DNA of 64,000 nt from Eledone cirrhosa (lineage: Eukaryota). Within the stretch, counting starts at the first letter, position 1; each line of letters starts with the position of its first letter. Shown here one piece after another: positions 22,854-36,157 of this stretch. A program made the position numbers and the translations under genes. Under the pieces are notes generated by a model that was given only the letters and a program-made list of their open reading frames with translations, searched no databases and was not told where the DNA came from. The stretch covers positions 8,928,001-8,992,000 of the forward strand of contig OZ024757.1 in assembly GCA_964016885.1 (NCBI GenBank), written 5' to 3'.

Positions 22854-24370
22854 ATAATAATAATAATAATGGTAAACATACATATGCACGTAGATCCAAG
22901 TCTGAACTCCCACTGTCATCGCCTCCATCTCTCTCGCCCTCCCCAACTCTCACTATCATGAGCAAATGGGACCCCATGCGCTGGCCGCCCATGGCTCCGG
23001 CGGACAGAATGGAGAAGGCGTTTCCCCGGAGGATGGTAAAGGAGATGCGCTGGAAAAGTCATTCCCTCTCGTGAGGCTCACACCTGCGGCACCCCAGCTC
23101 AGCGCCTATGGTGGTAGTTGAGGAGATAGCCCTAGGGCCAAAGACACCGGAGGTTTCCACTGCTAGGGGCTTGACTGCAAACCTGTTGGAGAGCAATCGA
23201 TATTTGGAGAGTAGACCATTCTCAGCCCGAAGTGCAGAAGAATCTGGGTTAGTTGCAGACTGCACCAGGTTGCCGCTGGAGAATGTGTCGCTGCATGTGG
23301 CATCCCAGGCTAGGGGTTTACCACCACGTAACTGGAAGATGGTCATGCCGTCTGGCCTTTTGCCTTCACCTCTGTCCAGCCCCACCGGCTGAAGCTAGGA
23401 GGGAAAGCCTGCAGCATCCAAGCCATGCTTTATAACCTCGTTGAGAACAGCATGGTGTGGAAGGCGGCCAGCAATGTAGTGACAGGACAGCAGGTGGAGG
23501 CTAAAAGAGTCTACGGTGGATCTGCAGCGACATTTGTGTGGATTGCACATATGGAGGCCAAGCCTCAGTGAAACCGTGATGCGCAGGCTATCATTGTCCA
23601 GCTACGTTCCAGTAGAAAGGGAGAGTAAGGCATGGAGCCAGGAAGTGCTGTGAGATTGCAATGCCGAGCGAAAAAATGCGAGGCGGTGCTGGTCGAACTG
23701 GCGCGCTAGCCTGTCCGAGGCCATGTTGCACTGGATGGCATCCCAAATACTCTGGGGGGACATGACTTCGATAGGGGGAAAGCATAAAATCGTCTACTGG
23801 GCTGAGTCCGAGCCGGTTCCACGTCTCGCAGGCGGCCTCACATTCCTCGATCTCAGTGGGTTCCATTGTGTTTAGGAGAACCTTTTTGATGAGGATGCGG
23901 CATAAGGTTACCGACGAAAGAAACACCGGCAAAGCCAGCGAGATCGGGGGCCGGAGGCCAAGGCCACCGTATCGAATAGGTAAGATGGCCTGTTGACGTT
24001 GCATATCTCCTTAGCTGCTGCTCGGATACAAGTGTCGGGGTCAGCAAGTACAGATGTGTGGCTGTTGCAAGGATCGCTACGAAGAATATAGAGGAGCTTC
24101 TGCATGGTGAAGCAGTTCCTCAACAGGAAGAGGGCTGGGTGGACGTCAATCATGCTCAGTCAGCTCGTGAGGATCTTGAGCTGCTGGAGCCTAGACCTGA
24201 TGGCCGGCAGGTGGATCGGTGATCCGAGGTTTAGGACATCCTCTTTAGGGGACTCTTGTACCTGGAGGAGTATAGATCGCGCGTCCGAGACGAAGATTGT
24301 AAAGCTCTCTGAATCGTGGTTGACACCTCCGACTTGGACGGGCTGGCCTCGAGGCCGACTCTTACCAAAG
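22854..24370 (-). mobile_element. 5'-truncated, decayed CRE-clade non-LTR retrotransposon
   Basis: Minus-strand fragments QAILPIRYGGLGLR and KRPDGMT..GKPLAWDATCSDT..KY..PLAVETSGVFG (CRE-type endonuclease), with an (ATT)n tail at 22854-22870. Confidence 0.8.
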
Positions 24371-24375
24371 AAGGA

Positions 24376-26080
24376 ACCACTCTGTTAAACGCAGATTTCA
24401 AGATTTTGGCCAAGGTGTTAGCAACGAGATTGGCGCTTGTTGTCGGTTATCTGGTGGGAGAGCCGCAGACATGCGCCATTCCAGACAGATCCGTCCACGA
24501 CAACCTCCACCTCATGCGATACATCATAGAGAGGGTGGTTAACGAACCTGGCACGGGTGGGCCCTGATCAACTTGGATCAATCTAAGGCATTTTCTAGGG
24601 TCGACCATCGGTACCTTGTTGCGGTCCTCAAGGCGGCCGGTTTCGAGTCCATTTTCAGGGGTTGGATCGCTGCGATGCACAGCGACGTCTTCTCAGTTAT
24701 GAAGGTGAAAGGTCATCTGTCACAGCCGTTCAGAATCATGCGCTCGGTCCGCCAGGGTTGTCCACTCTCGTCGCTCTTGTACGTATTGGCCCTAGAGCCG
24801 TTACTGCACAAATTGGAGGCGATGACAGGCGTCCACGTGAACTGGGATGTAGGAGATCCGTATCGGCTTACGCCGACGACGTCACCGTGGTGGTATCAAG
24901 CACCAGTCATGTCCAGATGCTCGGCACTGCTCTCAAGGAATATGAAAGTGATAGGAGCAAAGTTAAACCAGGAATAGTCGGTGGGCTTGCAGCTCGGCAC
25001 CTGGAAAGGCAAGTTCATGCCGCCCGACAGCGTCGTAGGGCGCTGGACGGAAGGACCGGTTAAATTGCTCCAGATGGAGAAAACCTGGAGCGAGGTGACG
25101 AGCAGGGTGGCCTGTCTCACCCAGAAATGGGCCGGGAGAAAGCTGTCCCTGAAAGGTCGAGCAGAGGTGGCGAACACGTTCATGGCATCCGTCATCAGCT
25201 ACCGCCCCAGCCCCAACTCTGACAAAAATGGAGCGCCTCCTCTTCCGCTTTTTATGGAAGCGACGATCAGCTGTTCGCTCTATTCAAGAGAACTTTCAGC
25301 CCGGGGCCTATGGACAACTTCCAGAAATCCCTGGCCTGGCAGTGCTACCGGGAAGCGTTTTACGGTTCAAGATAAGCTCTACAGGCACGGAAGTGCCGTC
25401 AGCCGAATCTGTCCGAGATGCGCACATGGCGACGAAACCGTTGTGCACGCACTCGTTCAGTGTCCGAGCATTGCTGACTCGTGGAGCTATGTCGAACATT
25501 TGCTGTCACGTGTAAGACGGATCCGGTTATCAGCTTGTGCAGATAGCCCCGGCGTCTTCCTTTAAAGAGGAGGAAGGGCAGGCAGTTTTCATCGCCTGGT
25601 GGCCATGGTGAAAGAGATTGTATGGTGGACATGGTTGAAAGGATTGAAGACGGAGACTTTCCTCCTCGGCCAATCCCTGATTAACTTTTTCAAATTTCAC
25701 TTGAATTTGGAAAATCGGGATAGAGAGGCAAGTGCTGTCTTCTAGTAATTTTGTTGAAAGGTGGGAGAAAGTGGCGTGTCTGGCCGAGTGAACGGGGCTG
25801 CTCAAAGTATGCGCCTGTAGACTGAGGAGTGGAAAACTGAGAGGGCACTTGCCCTGGTTGTCAGGGTGGCCGTGGCCTTTTGGGGAGTTTTCGCCACGAG
25901 TGACCCTCGGAAGCTTCCCCCCTTTTTGGGTAATTTTTGTTGTTTGAATTTTTTTGATTTCTAGCCTGTTATAACCTGTTTACACGACCAAAACCCACTT
26001 TGTATCATCCTGTACTGTTCTGTGTCGTCTGTAATGTTTTTCTTCATGTTAGCCCTTGTGGCCAATAAAGAATACATTAT
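24376..26080 (+). mobile_element. 5'-truncated, internally deleted L1/Tx1-clade LINE
   Basis: Motifs TLLNADFKILAKVLATRL, DQSKAFSRVDH, SVRQGCPLS, AYADDVT and CPRCAHGDETVVHALVQC. The 3' UTR ends aataaagaatac plus attatt. Confidence 0.85.
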
Positions 26081-26107
26081 TATTGTTATAATTATATTAC
26101 ACTCTAG

Positions 26108-26290
26108 GGTGGTGGATTGGCAGTATCGGTAGAGGGAAGGACGCCATGCTTTGCAGCAAAGAGTTACGGCCCTTTATTATCTGAGTTCAAATCCTGCCGA
26201 GGTTAACTTTGCCTTTCATCCTTCCATGGTCGATAAAATAAAGTACCAATCATGCACTGGTGTCGATCTAATCGACTTTCCCCTCCCCCA
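26108..26290 (+). mobile_element. tRNA-derived SINE family 1
   Basis: A-box-like tggcagtatcggta, B-box gagttcaaatcc and central gcctttcatcct..gtcgataaaataaagtacca (Nin-domain-like). Confidence 0.85.
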
Positions 26291-26351
26291 ATCGGGTAGT
26301 AGAGTGGGTAATGTGTATATATATATAATGATAATAATAATAGCAATATAT

Positions 26352-26738
26352 GGGAACAAAGAATCAGTATTGTATCATATACATATTTAATTACATATTA
26401 CATATGTTTCACTGTTGATCAGCTCGAGGAACGAGCAAATAATGATCGATCCTGACTCTGGAATTGGAAGCTCCTCTGATATATGTTCATGTGTAGACTC
26501 ATTACTCTACAGTAAACAATAACTCTCTACTTGAGAGGGCCATGGTGTCCAAATCCTAATTTGAAAGACTTCGCCAGGCGGTGCTATTAAGTTAGATATG
26601 TGAACACATATCTGAGGAGCTTCCGATTCCAGAGTCAGCATCGATCATTAATCGATCGTTCCTCGAGCTGATCGACAGTGAAACATATGTAATATGTAAT
26701 TAAATATGTATATGATGTAATACTGATTCTTTGTTCCC
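26352..26738. mobile_element. Foldback element with ~140-bp arms, each carrying a hammerhead motif
   Basis: 26352-26490 is the reverse complement of ~26600-26738. Confidence 0.8.
26606..26697 (+). ncRNA. Type I hammerhead ribozyme with extended stem II
   Basis: acatat-CTGAGGA-(~60-nt stem II)-GAAA-catatg-TA-atatgt: intact core, 6-bp stem I, palindromic stem III. Confidence 0.75.
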
Positions 26739-27769
26739 TATTTGTTGTTATTATTGATACTCTGCTCCCCACGAACATCAAGTGCTCATCTTGGCATACA
26801 GGCTACGTAAGCAATTAATTTGCACCTCTAATACCTATATATATATGGTGTTGACCTCAACTGTCGAGGTCAACACCAAGAACATAGAACAAGTTAGTTC
26901 TCCTCTGTTACTTTCACTACCACTGCTGCAGTTATAGTCAACACCACCAACTTCTATATATATGTATGTAAAGCATGTTATTTTATACCATATTCTTATT
27001 ATTATCCAACTCAACTCCATTATAAATGTTATTACTTCCGTAGTATGAAGAAGCCCACGTGGCTAAAACCGGTATGATAAATTTCTTTTTTGTAAATAAA
27101 TGTTTTGCTGTTATTCTATAAAAAAATCGCATTAGCATTTTCTACTTTTTTTTATTATTATTATATATATCAACTAGAGTGTCACTTCCTAACATTCTAA
27201 ATATATAAGTTAACGAGATATCATTTAAGGTAATCCTAGTAGAGGTTATGATTACTCTGTATCGAGGATAGTTTTAACATTCGGCGTTGTTTGACTCAAC
27301 AAGAAGTTTCCTTAGTTGGGTGGCCAATTCAAGACAGTTCCTCAGTAAGCGGTTCTTTGAATAATAATAGTAAATGAGTGAAGAATAACGTGGTCGGCTG
27401 TACAATAGGGTTTATTCAACGTATTAAAAATTGTTTCTTTAGTCTGGTGTTGTTTAAATTCTAACAATGGAGCCTTTGTTTCTTAGAGACCAGCTTCTTT
27501 CTTCATCTGATTATTCATACATACATGTTAGTAAAAATCTAAGTGATACTTTACAAAAACAATCTGAATGTAGCAGTAAAGATATGCAAGACTTTTCTAA
27601 AGTTCAACAAATGACACTCACCATTTTTGTTATTTAAATTCTATCAAGAGAATTTGGTCCTTTGGTAGAAACTAGCTCCTTCTTTACTGGAAGAATTCAT
27701 ATAATTTTTCTAAATAGAAGACATACATACATGTATGCATACATACACACACACATGCATTGCTGTTGG

Positions 27770-28050
27770 ACCTCTTTCAGTTTCGACAATGAGTGTTCCA
27801 GTTGTTTGAAGAATGGAACAGCTTAATAATGAAATTAACAAGTGGCTGAGCATTCCTCAGACATATGCATCCTTAACATAGTCTTTAGGGAGATTCTGTG
27901 TAACATGGTTGGCCCTTTGACATACAAGCACATTTTTATTTAAGCTGAGTGGACTGGAACAACATAAAATGAAATATCTTGCTCAAGTCAATGTGTGGCC
28001 AGGTTCAAGAATCAAAACTCCTTATTTTACAACCATGAGTCCAAAACCTT
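27770..28050 (-). mobile_element. tRNA-derived SINE family 2 (decayed)
   Basis: gctgagtggactggaacaacataaaatgaaatatcttgctcaag is antisense to the copy at 47675. Related copies lie at ~31520-31680, 35850-36080, 56195-56320 and 58870-59100. Confidence 0.6.
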
Positions 28051-28055
28051 AATTA

Positions 28056-28249
28056 TTAATCCTTTAGCATTTACATTAATTACTCTATATACTATTGTAT
28101 TTTCACAGTAAAATCTTTATTTTACATATTGAATCTATGAGATTTGATATTATTTATTTTGAGAACAATACCTTAACATTAGTATGGGTGGCCACTGATA
28201 TGAACAGAAAGTGGGAGAATTCTGGCCGATTTAAATGCTAAAGGGTTAA
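28056..28249. mobile_element. piggyBac-type MITE (TTAA-flanked)
   Basis: ttaa|tcctttagcattta ... taaatgctaaaggg|ttaa. Relatives lie at ~32110-32327 and 56423-56766. Confidence 0.7.
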
Positions 28250-29895
28250 GTTATGCATCTTCATACACACACACACACACACACACAAATACAGAGACAT
28301 AATTAAAAACCCAAAATAATTTACATTATAATAATCCAGCTTTATTAAAGCAATTGCACAATTATTTAGAAAAAAAAATGACTAAAAGAGTGCTTTGTGT
28401 TTTACTGGAACATGAACGAACAATGGAAACAAAATATAAAAAAAATATGTATAAACATGTTTTGTGTTGTGTTTTCTTAGTTGGTCCACCATATTTTTAG
28501 TGTTTTGTTTTAAAGAAAAATGATGTAAAGAAGAATAAAAAAAAAGGAAAGGAACCAATTGCCAGATCTGACTGACCAAGGAAACTGTCTTCATTGGTCT
28601 TTTCAATGTTGATACTATGTCAGTTGTAATTCCTGTTTCAACTATTGTAGAATGTCTACTAACCCTTACTCAGATATATATATATATACATACATACACG
28701 CACACGTATATATATATACACACACATATATATACACACACATATGTATATACATATATATGCACACATATATATATAAACATATATATACACACATATA
28801 TATATATAAACATTTATATACACATATATACATATATAAACACACACATACACACACACACATATATATATATACACAAAAAAATATACAGATATGAAGT
28901 GTTTGCAATTCGAAGACCAGGACAAACCAGATCAATATAGTAGTGGATGCAGATTCAGGAACAGAGTGAATATCAGAGTGTGTCTATTTATGTGTATATA
29001 TGAATATATATATATGCACACATATATATATATATATATATACACACACATACCCATATAAGTGTGTGTGTGTGTGTTGTGTATGTATATATATAACACC
29101 ATCATTTTTAAGTCTGCTTTCCACATTAGTATGGCTTCTATGACTGTAGTTTCCTAACCCTGACCAACTTACATCATGTATATATGTATATATAATATTG
29201 AAAGATTCTTTTTGTAGAATAAATTTTAACAGCTTTTATTTTTATCTTGTTTTATGCCACCAATAATAAAAATAATTATAGCATTTGTTAGAGATGGCTG
29301 ATGTCGATTGAGGAAGGAAGTAGTGATTATGTCGACTGGGGAAGGAAAGGGTGTCTAATACACATACATCTATATAATGACTGATGAAGGAAGATGGGGT
29401 GAGAAACAATAGAAGTCCAGTATTCTAAGATTCGTCACAGCTGTGTTTGTATGTTTGTATCACTTGTGTGAGTGCGAAGGAAGCAAGCAAGCAACCAAAC
29501 AACCAAGCAACCAACAAACACCTCTTTTTTATATTATGTATAGATATTACAATTAGCTGTCATTTTTGACGGCCTGTGGCTAGCTAGTATAAACTAATAA
29601 CTGACATTAACACAATAAGTGAATACTTCTTTTTTAAATTGTACTTTTTTTAAATATGAAAAAAAAAAAAAAAAAAAGGAAAATAGCCAATTGTCAGACC
29701 AAACCAACAAATCAATGTTTCCATTGATGAAACTATCTGAACGTTACAATTCCTGGCAGGAGGAAGTAGGATTTCAACTCAAGACTGCAACAGAGCTAGG
29801 TCACATGCTGCAAAATATTCTATCTGATTATTTAACAAATTCTACCGAATCCCTGCCCACTGGACTGGTACTTTATTTTTATTGACTTCAAAAGG

Positions 29896-30141
29896 GCATG
29901 TGGTTAGAATATCTCAGGAAAGAATCATTAGACAGATATTACAAGCAAAACCAACCAGCAGGAGACCCAGAGGTAGACCCCACAAGCAAGATGGTTGGAT
30001 AACATCCATGAGATTGGTTGGTCTCACTTGGGGATCCTGCCGAATTAGGTGGAGATGGTTGCTTCTGACAGGACCCACTGGAAGGTGTGTTTGCAGACTC
30101 TGCCTCCAAGACCCTCTCAGATATGAGTGGGTGAAGAAGAA
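29896..30141 (+). mobile_element. 3' fragment of an RTE-like LINE inserted in an antisense family 1 SINE (~29855-30245)
   Basis: Encodes GHVVR..RRPRGRP, has a (GAA)n tail and a 12-bp TSD gacttcaaaagg / gacttctaaagg. Confidence 0.7.
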
Positions 30142-30875
30142 GACTTCTAAAGGACAAAGTTGACCTCGGCAGAGTTTGAACTCAGAATATAATATGTCAG
30201 AACAAATGCTGGGACAAATTCAATGCTCTAAGGACTCTGCCAATGAGCCACTTATGTGGAAAATGTGAGTTGTGGTGTAGATTGTAATCAAGAAGAAAAA
30301 AACCCCAGAAAATGAAACAGAAATAAAAAAATAAAAAAAAGAGAAGAAAACAATGAGGTGTTTGTTTTTAAAAAATCCAATTTCCTCTGTTGAAGCAAGG
30401 AATTTGTTTTTACTGTGGTAGAGGATATTATTATCATAGTTAATCACTCAACCATGAAGTGAATAGGTCTATCTGTCTAATCAGGAATGACCTCCTAAGA
30501 TTACAAGGTTACATTAAAAAAAATCAAATGAAAGAAAAAACAAAGTGAGAGTAGAAAGTTTTGTATCCAACACACACTAAGGCAAGTAGTAGTAGTAGTA
30601 ATAGTAGCAGTAGCAGTTGTAGTAATCAGAGTAGTAGCAGCAGCAATAATAATAGTTGTGGTAGCAGTAGTAATAGAAGTAACAGTAGCAGCAGTAGTTA
30701 TAGTAGAAATAGTAGTAGTATCAGCAACAGTCGTTATAGTAGTAGTATGTGTTTTACCAAGGGAAAAAACAGAGATCATACTGAGAAAAGTTTGAATTCC
30801 TCAGGGAAAGATCATCAGCCCAGAAGTTTAAATTCACTCATAGAAAGCAAGAAAAAAATACAAGAAATAAAATAA

Positions 30876-31372
30876 AATAATAATAATAATGGTTTCTTAT
30901 ATAGGCACAAGGCTAACAATTTTGGGGTGAAGGGAAAGTTGATTAAATCGACCCCAGTACAGGAACTTTATTTTATCAACTCCTCAACAGGATTTGAACT
31001 CAGAATGTGAAGGGACATAACTATATGCCACAAAACATGCTGTCCAATGTTCTACTCATACTGCCAATCCACTGCCCTAAATAATAATAGTGGTTTTTGA
31101 TTTAGGCACAAGGCCAACATTTTAGGGGGAGGGGAAAGTCAATTAAATCACCCCAGTGCATTACTGGTACTTTATTTTATCGAGCCCATACAGATGAAAG
31201 AATAATAATAATAATAATTGTTTCTACTGTTGGCACAAGGCCAGGAATTATCTCAGTACATTACTGGTACTTTATTTTATCGACCCCGTAAGGATGAAAG
31301 TTAAAATTAACCTCAGCGGGATTTGAACTCAAACCATAAAGAGGCGCAACTGTGCTGATTCTGCCAATCCAA
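30876..31372 (-). mobile_element. Three tandem family 1 SINEs joined by (AAT)n
   Basis: Copies at ~30891-31077, 31090-31200 and 31218-31370, each starting on the plus strand with an AAT tract followed by ggcacaaggc. Confidence 0.8.
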
Positions 31373-32762
31373 TAATAACATACTCTCACTAAAAAAGTGT
31401 GAAGTGAAAAATATTTGTAACAACTTTATAGAAATATATTATCTCCATCAGTTGGTAATATATTGATCGATCAAATAAATCCCAGACCTCACTCATTTAG
31501 CAAGTGGGGTGGAAGTTGTCAAATCAGACCAAGGAAACAATGTTTCCATTGCTAATATTATCTATTGGTTGCAAATCTTGGCAGAAAGAGCAACATGAAA
31601 TAAAGTGTCGTGCAAGGACATAACACATCACCTGGTTTGAGAATTGAATTTGCAACCTCACAATTGTGAATTGCCTTCACAGATAATATATACTAACAAC
31701 AATGTTATTTCTGTATGTATCCAGTGTAGAATAGGTATGCCATATCCCTGTGTCATTAGACAGTGACTAAGTAAGTTGGCACTATGAAGGGCATCCAACC
31801 AAGAAATAATGTCATCTTCAAGTGGACCACATGATGAGTATGAAGCTGGTCAGGGATCTCAGATGGTTATTCCTTGGGTTTACTCAACAAACGAACTCAA
31901 AGTGCCCATGTGTGTGTGTGGGGGGGGGGCAGTCCAATTTAGAGTAGTTACATCAAATCCTTGAATGTCATAGGAAGCAACTATAAGGGGTTGATATCAG
32001 ACAGGCAGAACTCCGTGGTGAATATGAAGAGAATATCATGGGACACATAAGGCTAACCAACTGGCCCTTAGAAGGGGAAAGGCCTTAAAATGCTTGGTTG
32101 TCGTTGTACAATAAAAGTTTTATCACTGTCACATTATTTTATATATACTATTATATTTTCATGGTAAAGGCTTTACCTCACATAATATTGAATCTATGAG
32201 ATTTTGAAAGTATTTATTTTGAGAACAATACCTTAACATCAGTTTGAGCGACCAGTTACAGCCAGTTTCAACAGAAAGAGGTAGAGAATTCTGGCTGGTT
32301 TTGGCCGGTTTGAACATTAAAGGGTTAAAGTATTATCACTGTCACAAATATTTTTGATTATTAATCTCACCATAATTCTCATCCTAACAATGCTAAGAAT
32401 ATCTTGAAATGCTTCTTTCAGCAATTATGTTTAACAATATCCTCAACATTGCATTGTGTTGAGTGTTTGTGTGTTTGTGTGTGTGTGTTAAGTATTTCCA
32501 TAGAAAAAGTAGAGGAAAGAAGAGTGATCTATGTATTGTACACACAAACACATACACTTGTATGTAAGTCACAGCCTGCTTACCATATTTTGGTTTCACT
32601 GTTTAATAATCTACATTCAGAGAAAGATTCCGTAACTGAAGTTGTGTATAGATTTTTTTGCACCCTATCAAAATTATCTAGTAGAAAAAAAAAGAAAAAA
32701 TGCAATTGTCTACAAGTATATATATATATATATATATATACATACACACACACACATGCACG

Positions 32763-32858
32763 CACGGTGTCCCCCAAAAATGTATACACACTGATCACTT
32801 ATACAGGCATTATTCATTAGAATGCTGTTGAAGTGTATACATTTTTATGGACACCCTG
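32763..32858. mobile_element. Tc1/mariner-type MITE
   Basis: TIRs cacggtgtcccccaaaaatgtatacac / gtgtatacatttttatggacaccctg|ta. Confidence 0.65.
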
Positions 32859-33851
32859 TATGTGTGTGTATACATATATACACACAATATATATACACAC
32901 ACACACACAGTGTATTATATATATATTGGAAAATGTGTGAGATCCTTGGTACAGTTAGGTATATTTGAAAAAAAGGAAAAAATGACTTCACTTGTAGTGT
33001 TAAATTTTTTTGATAATATAATATAAAATTAAATAAAAAAATTTTTAAACACTACAAGTGAAGTCATTTTCCTTTTTTTCAAATATATATATATATATAC
33101 ACACATACATACATATGTATGTATGTGAGTATAATCTCTCTAAAATTAGCAAATATTACAGGAGTTTTTCTTTAACTTTAAACGTAAATATGCTACAATA
33201 CAGAATTCCAATACTGATTAGCCCAGAATGTTTTACATTGGTCAGAACAGTGACCTTTAAGAACTGCTATAAGTTGGCTACCAATAGGTGATAAGTAAAA
33301 GTGAGGACAAGCAAGGCACACCTGGCAAAGAATATTTAAGGGGCCAATCTGAAGGACATAGGAATTAACTAAGATGATATCAAACAGGAAACAGTTTCCT
33401 TTATATATGTATATATGGAGTATGGTATTATCCATATGTGTGTGTGTGTATATATATGTAAAGGAAACAGTGTTGCAGCACTATACACATATAGGTGTAG
33501 TGTAACTTGTGTATCTGATATACAATATACACAGGTAAACAAACAAAAAAAATAATGCAGCTCTAAAGTAGACATCATCATCATCATCATCATTTTACAT
33601 CTACTTTCCATCTTGGCATGGATTGGACGGGTTGTCAGAGTCTGAGATCAGATGGGTCAGACCTACTTCATCTTGCTCATATCTTCCATTCAGGATAGGA
33701 TTAAATATTAAGCAAAATATCAAAATAAGCACATACTTTATGGCATCAAGGAAAGAGCGGGGGTGCAAACACCATTTTATTCAAACTGAATGTATTGGTC
33801 TTTTCCCCCAAAAAAATTATAGACACATACACACGTATGCGTGTGTGTGTT

Positions 33852-33886
<35 letters not shown>

Positions 33887-34017
33887 GCGTGTGTGTATTT
33901 ATATGTGTGTGTGTGTATATATATATGTAGGCGGTGAGTTTTATTGTAGCACAATAAATCAATGCAAATATCGGATAAGTAGCACTCTACAGTTTGTAGG
34001 ACTGGAGTATAAATAAT

Positions 34018-34203
34018 TGTTTCTACATTTGGCACAAGGCCAGCAATTACCCAGTGTATTACTGGTACTTTATTTTATCGACCCCGAAAGGATGAAAGGC
34101 AAAGTTAACCTCGGCGCGATTTGAACTCAGAATGGCAAGGACCGTAACTCTATACGTCAAAGCATGGCGTCCAACCCTCTACCGATACTGCCAATCCTCC
34201 CCC
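34018..34203 (-). mobile_element. Full-length family 1 SINE
   Basis: Perfect 16-bp TSD ctggagtataaataat at 34002-34017 and 34204-34219. Confidence 0.9.
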
Positions 34204-34296
34204 CTGGAGTATAAATAATATAAGATCAAAAGATCTTATGTTGATTTAAAACTTCACTATTCACAAGTGTTTTTTAAGCTTCATATCATGTATCCC

Positions 34297-34367
34297 TATT
34301 TTATCTGATGAGAACGCAGATATCATCCTATGATGATATTTGTTTTTGAAATGCGCATAATAAAATA
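34297..34367 (+). ncRNA. Minimal type I hammerhead ribozyme
   Basis: tattttat-CTGATGA-gaac gcagatatcatc ctat gatgatatttgt tttt-GAAA-tgcgca-TA-ataaaata: perfect 8-bp stem I, 12-bp stem II hairpin, palindromic stem III. Confidence 0.88.
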
Positions 34368-34397
34368 CTCGGAACTCTTTTAACCATCTTTTGATCT

Positions 34398-34450
<53 letters not shown>

Positions 34451-36157
34451 CATGAGTGTGTGTGTCTATATTATATATATATATATATATATATGGTTCC
34501 AATATATATCAATACTACATTTCCTTAACTTTACAATAAGTTAGGCATCATGTGTTTTGTGGTGTTTTTATTTTTTTTTATTTTTTTGCCTTATGGGCAT
34601 ATTATACCTTTTTAGCTAATAGTGTAATACATCCCAAATATTTTAGTGTCTGAATAGAGAGAATTACTTGCTTATGTAATAATTTCTAATCTGTTATGGC
34701 TTGACTAATAATAAAGATTTAATGTGAGTTAGTAACATTTCAAATTGCTGAGCATGGTGATAGCACATTTGGAGGATGACTAGAGATATAAGGAAACAAG
34801 AGTTAAAACCTTTTTAATTGTAATTTATTTTTGATTATTTCAAAAAAGAATTTGTTGGGATTTTATTTATTTTATTCTTTATTTAAAAAAAGTTTCCAAT
34901 ATATATATTTTTTATTTCTTTAAAAAAAAATATTAAAAAAAATTTTTAATATGCAAAGCACATTAGCAATGATTATCATAAGAAAGGGGGGAGGGGAACA
35001 CAGAAAGGAAGTTACAAAACAACTACAATTAGACTGAGCAATTGGGGGGCTATGCATGAGTGTGTGTGTGTGTATATATGGTATTAGCTGTATAAAAGGT
35101 TTCTTTTATTAAATATAATCAGGAGTTGATGTCTAGTCTACTAACAGACAGACTGTATTATTTTAACAATTGATATAAAAATGTTTCCATGATTTTCCAG
35201 TAAAACAATATTATGTGTTAGTAAGAGATTTTTTTTCTTTTTTCAAAATACTGTAAACTACAAAATCAATATTTTGTATGATATAATTTGTTTTATTTTA
35301 TTTTTATATGTAGGTGGGTGGATTAATATAAAGAAAACATAATGCCATGCTTAATATGAATGATTTAAACCAAAAACAAAAAAAAAAGTTTATCTAATTA
35401 AACTATCTATTTAGTTTACATAAATTAAAAATATTTGCAAGACATTTCTACTTTCTGTTTGTGTAACATGAACTTTCATCTTTTAAGACTTTCGGGCTTT
35501 GGTTTGGAATAATATCTCACAAAATGAATTTTCACATTAACATATGCAATTGTAAATAAAATAAAAAATAAATAAAAAAAGAAAAAGAAAAAACTACTAT
35601 ACAATTAACATATTTACAAGTGTGAAAGATACTGTTTTTTTTCTTAAAATGAGTCTTGAAAATTTACCATGCATCCGAGAAGACGAAGGTTGCATTTTTC
35701 TAAATCAATTTTAACCAATGGGGAATGTTCCCCTATAGAAAGGAATTTAATAATAAAGTAGAAGAGAAGATAGTATAATAAAATATATGATCCTGACCAC
35801 AGGTTTGTACATGAAAAGTTCCACTCCAAGGTGCAAGCCAGGTCAAGGTGTTTTTGTAGAAGACAAGAAGTCACCCATGCATGCTAATCTTCTCTACACA
35901 TCACTGATGTTATCTAAGAGAAAGGCAAAGATTGATTCAGCTTGGCACTAGTGTCATCATAACTCATCTTTACCACCCATGTGGACTGGAGTAACATGAA
36001 ATAAAGTGTCTTGCTCAAGGACAACACACTTCTCGTCACAATCTTACGATAGTGATGAGCCCAACACACTAACCATTAATCCATGACTTTAAAGGAAATG
36101 AATGTTTCTCTTTGTTGAATATAAGTCACCAATTTAGCGGAGAAGTATTTAGAGAGT

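Noticed and set aside
27045-27074. Degenerate hammerhead (atgaaga-agcc/ggct-aaaa-ccgg-ta)
   Set aside because: Both core boxes are mutated and there is no stem I; at most a fossil.
27440-27712. Two possible minus-strand exons with AG/GT boundaries
   Set aside because: The larger block has stops in all three frames and neither shows a recognisable protein motif.
29381-29446. ctgatga ... cagctg hammerhead-like remnant
   Set aside because: No convincing GAAA, cleavage triplet or stems.
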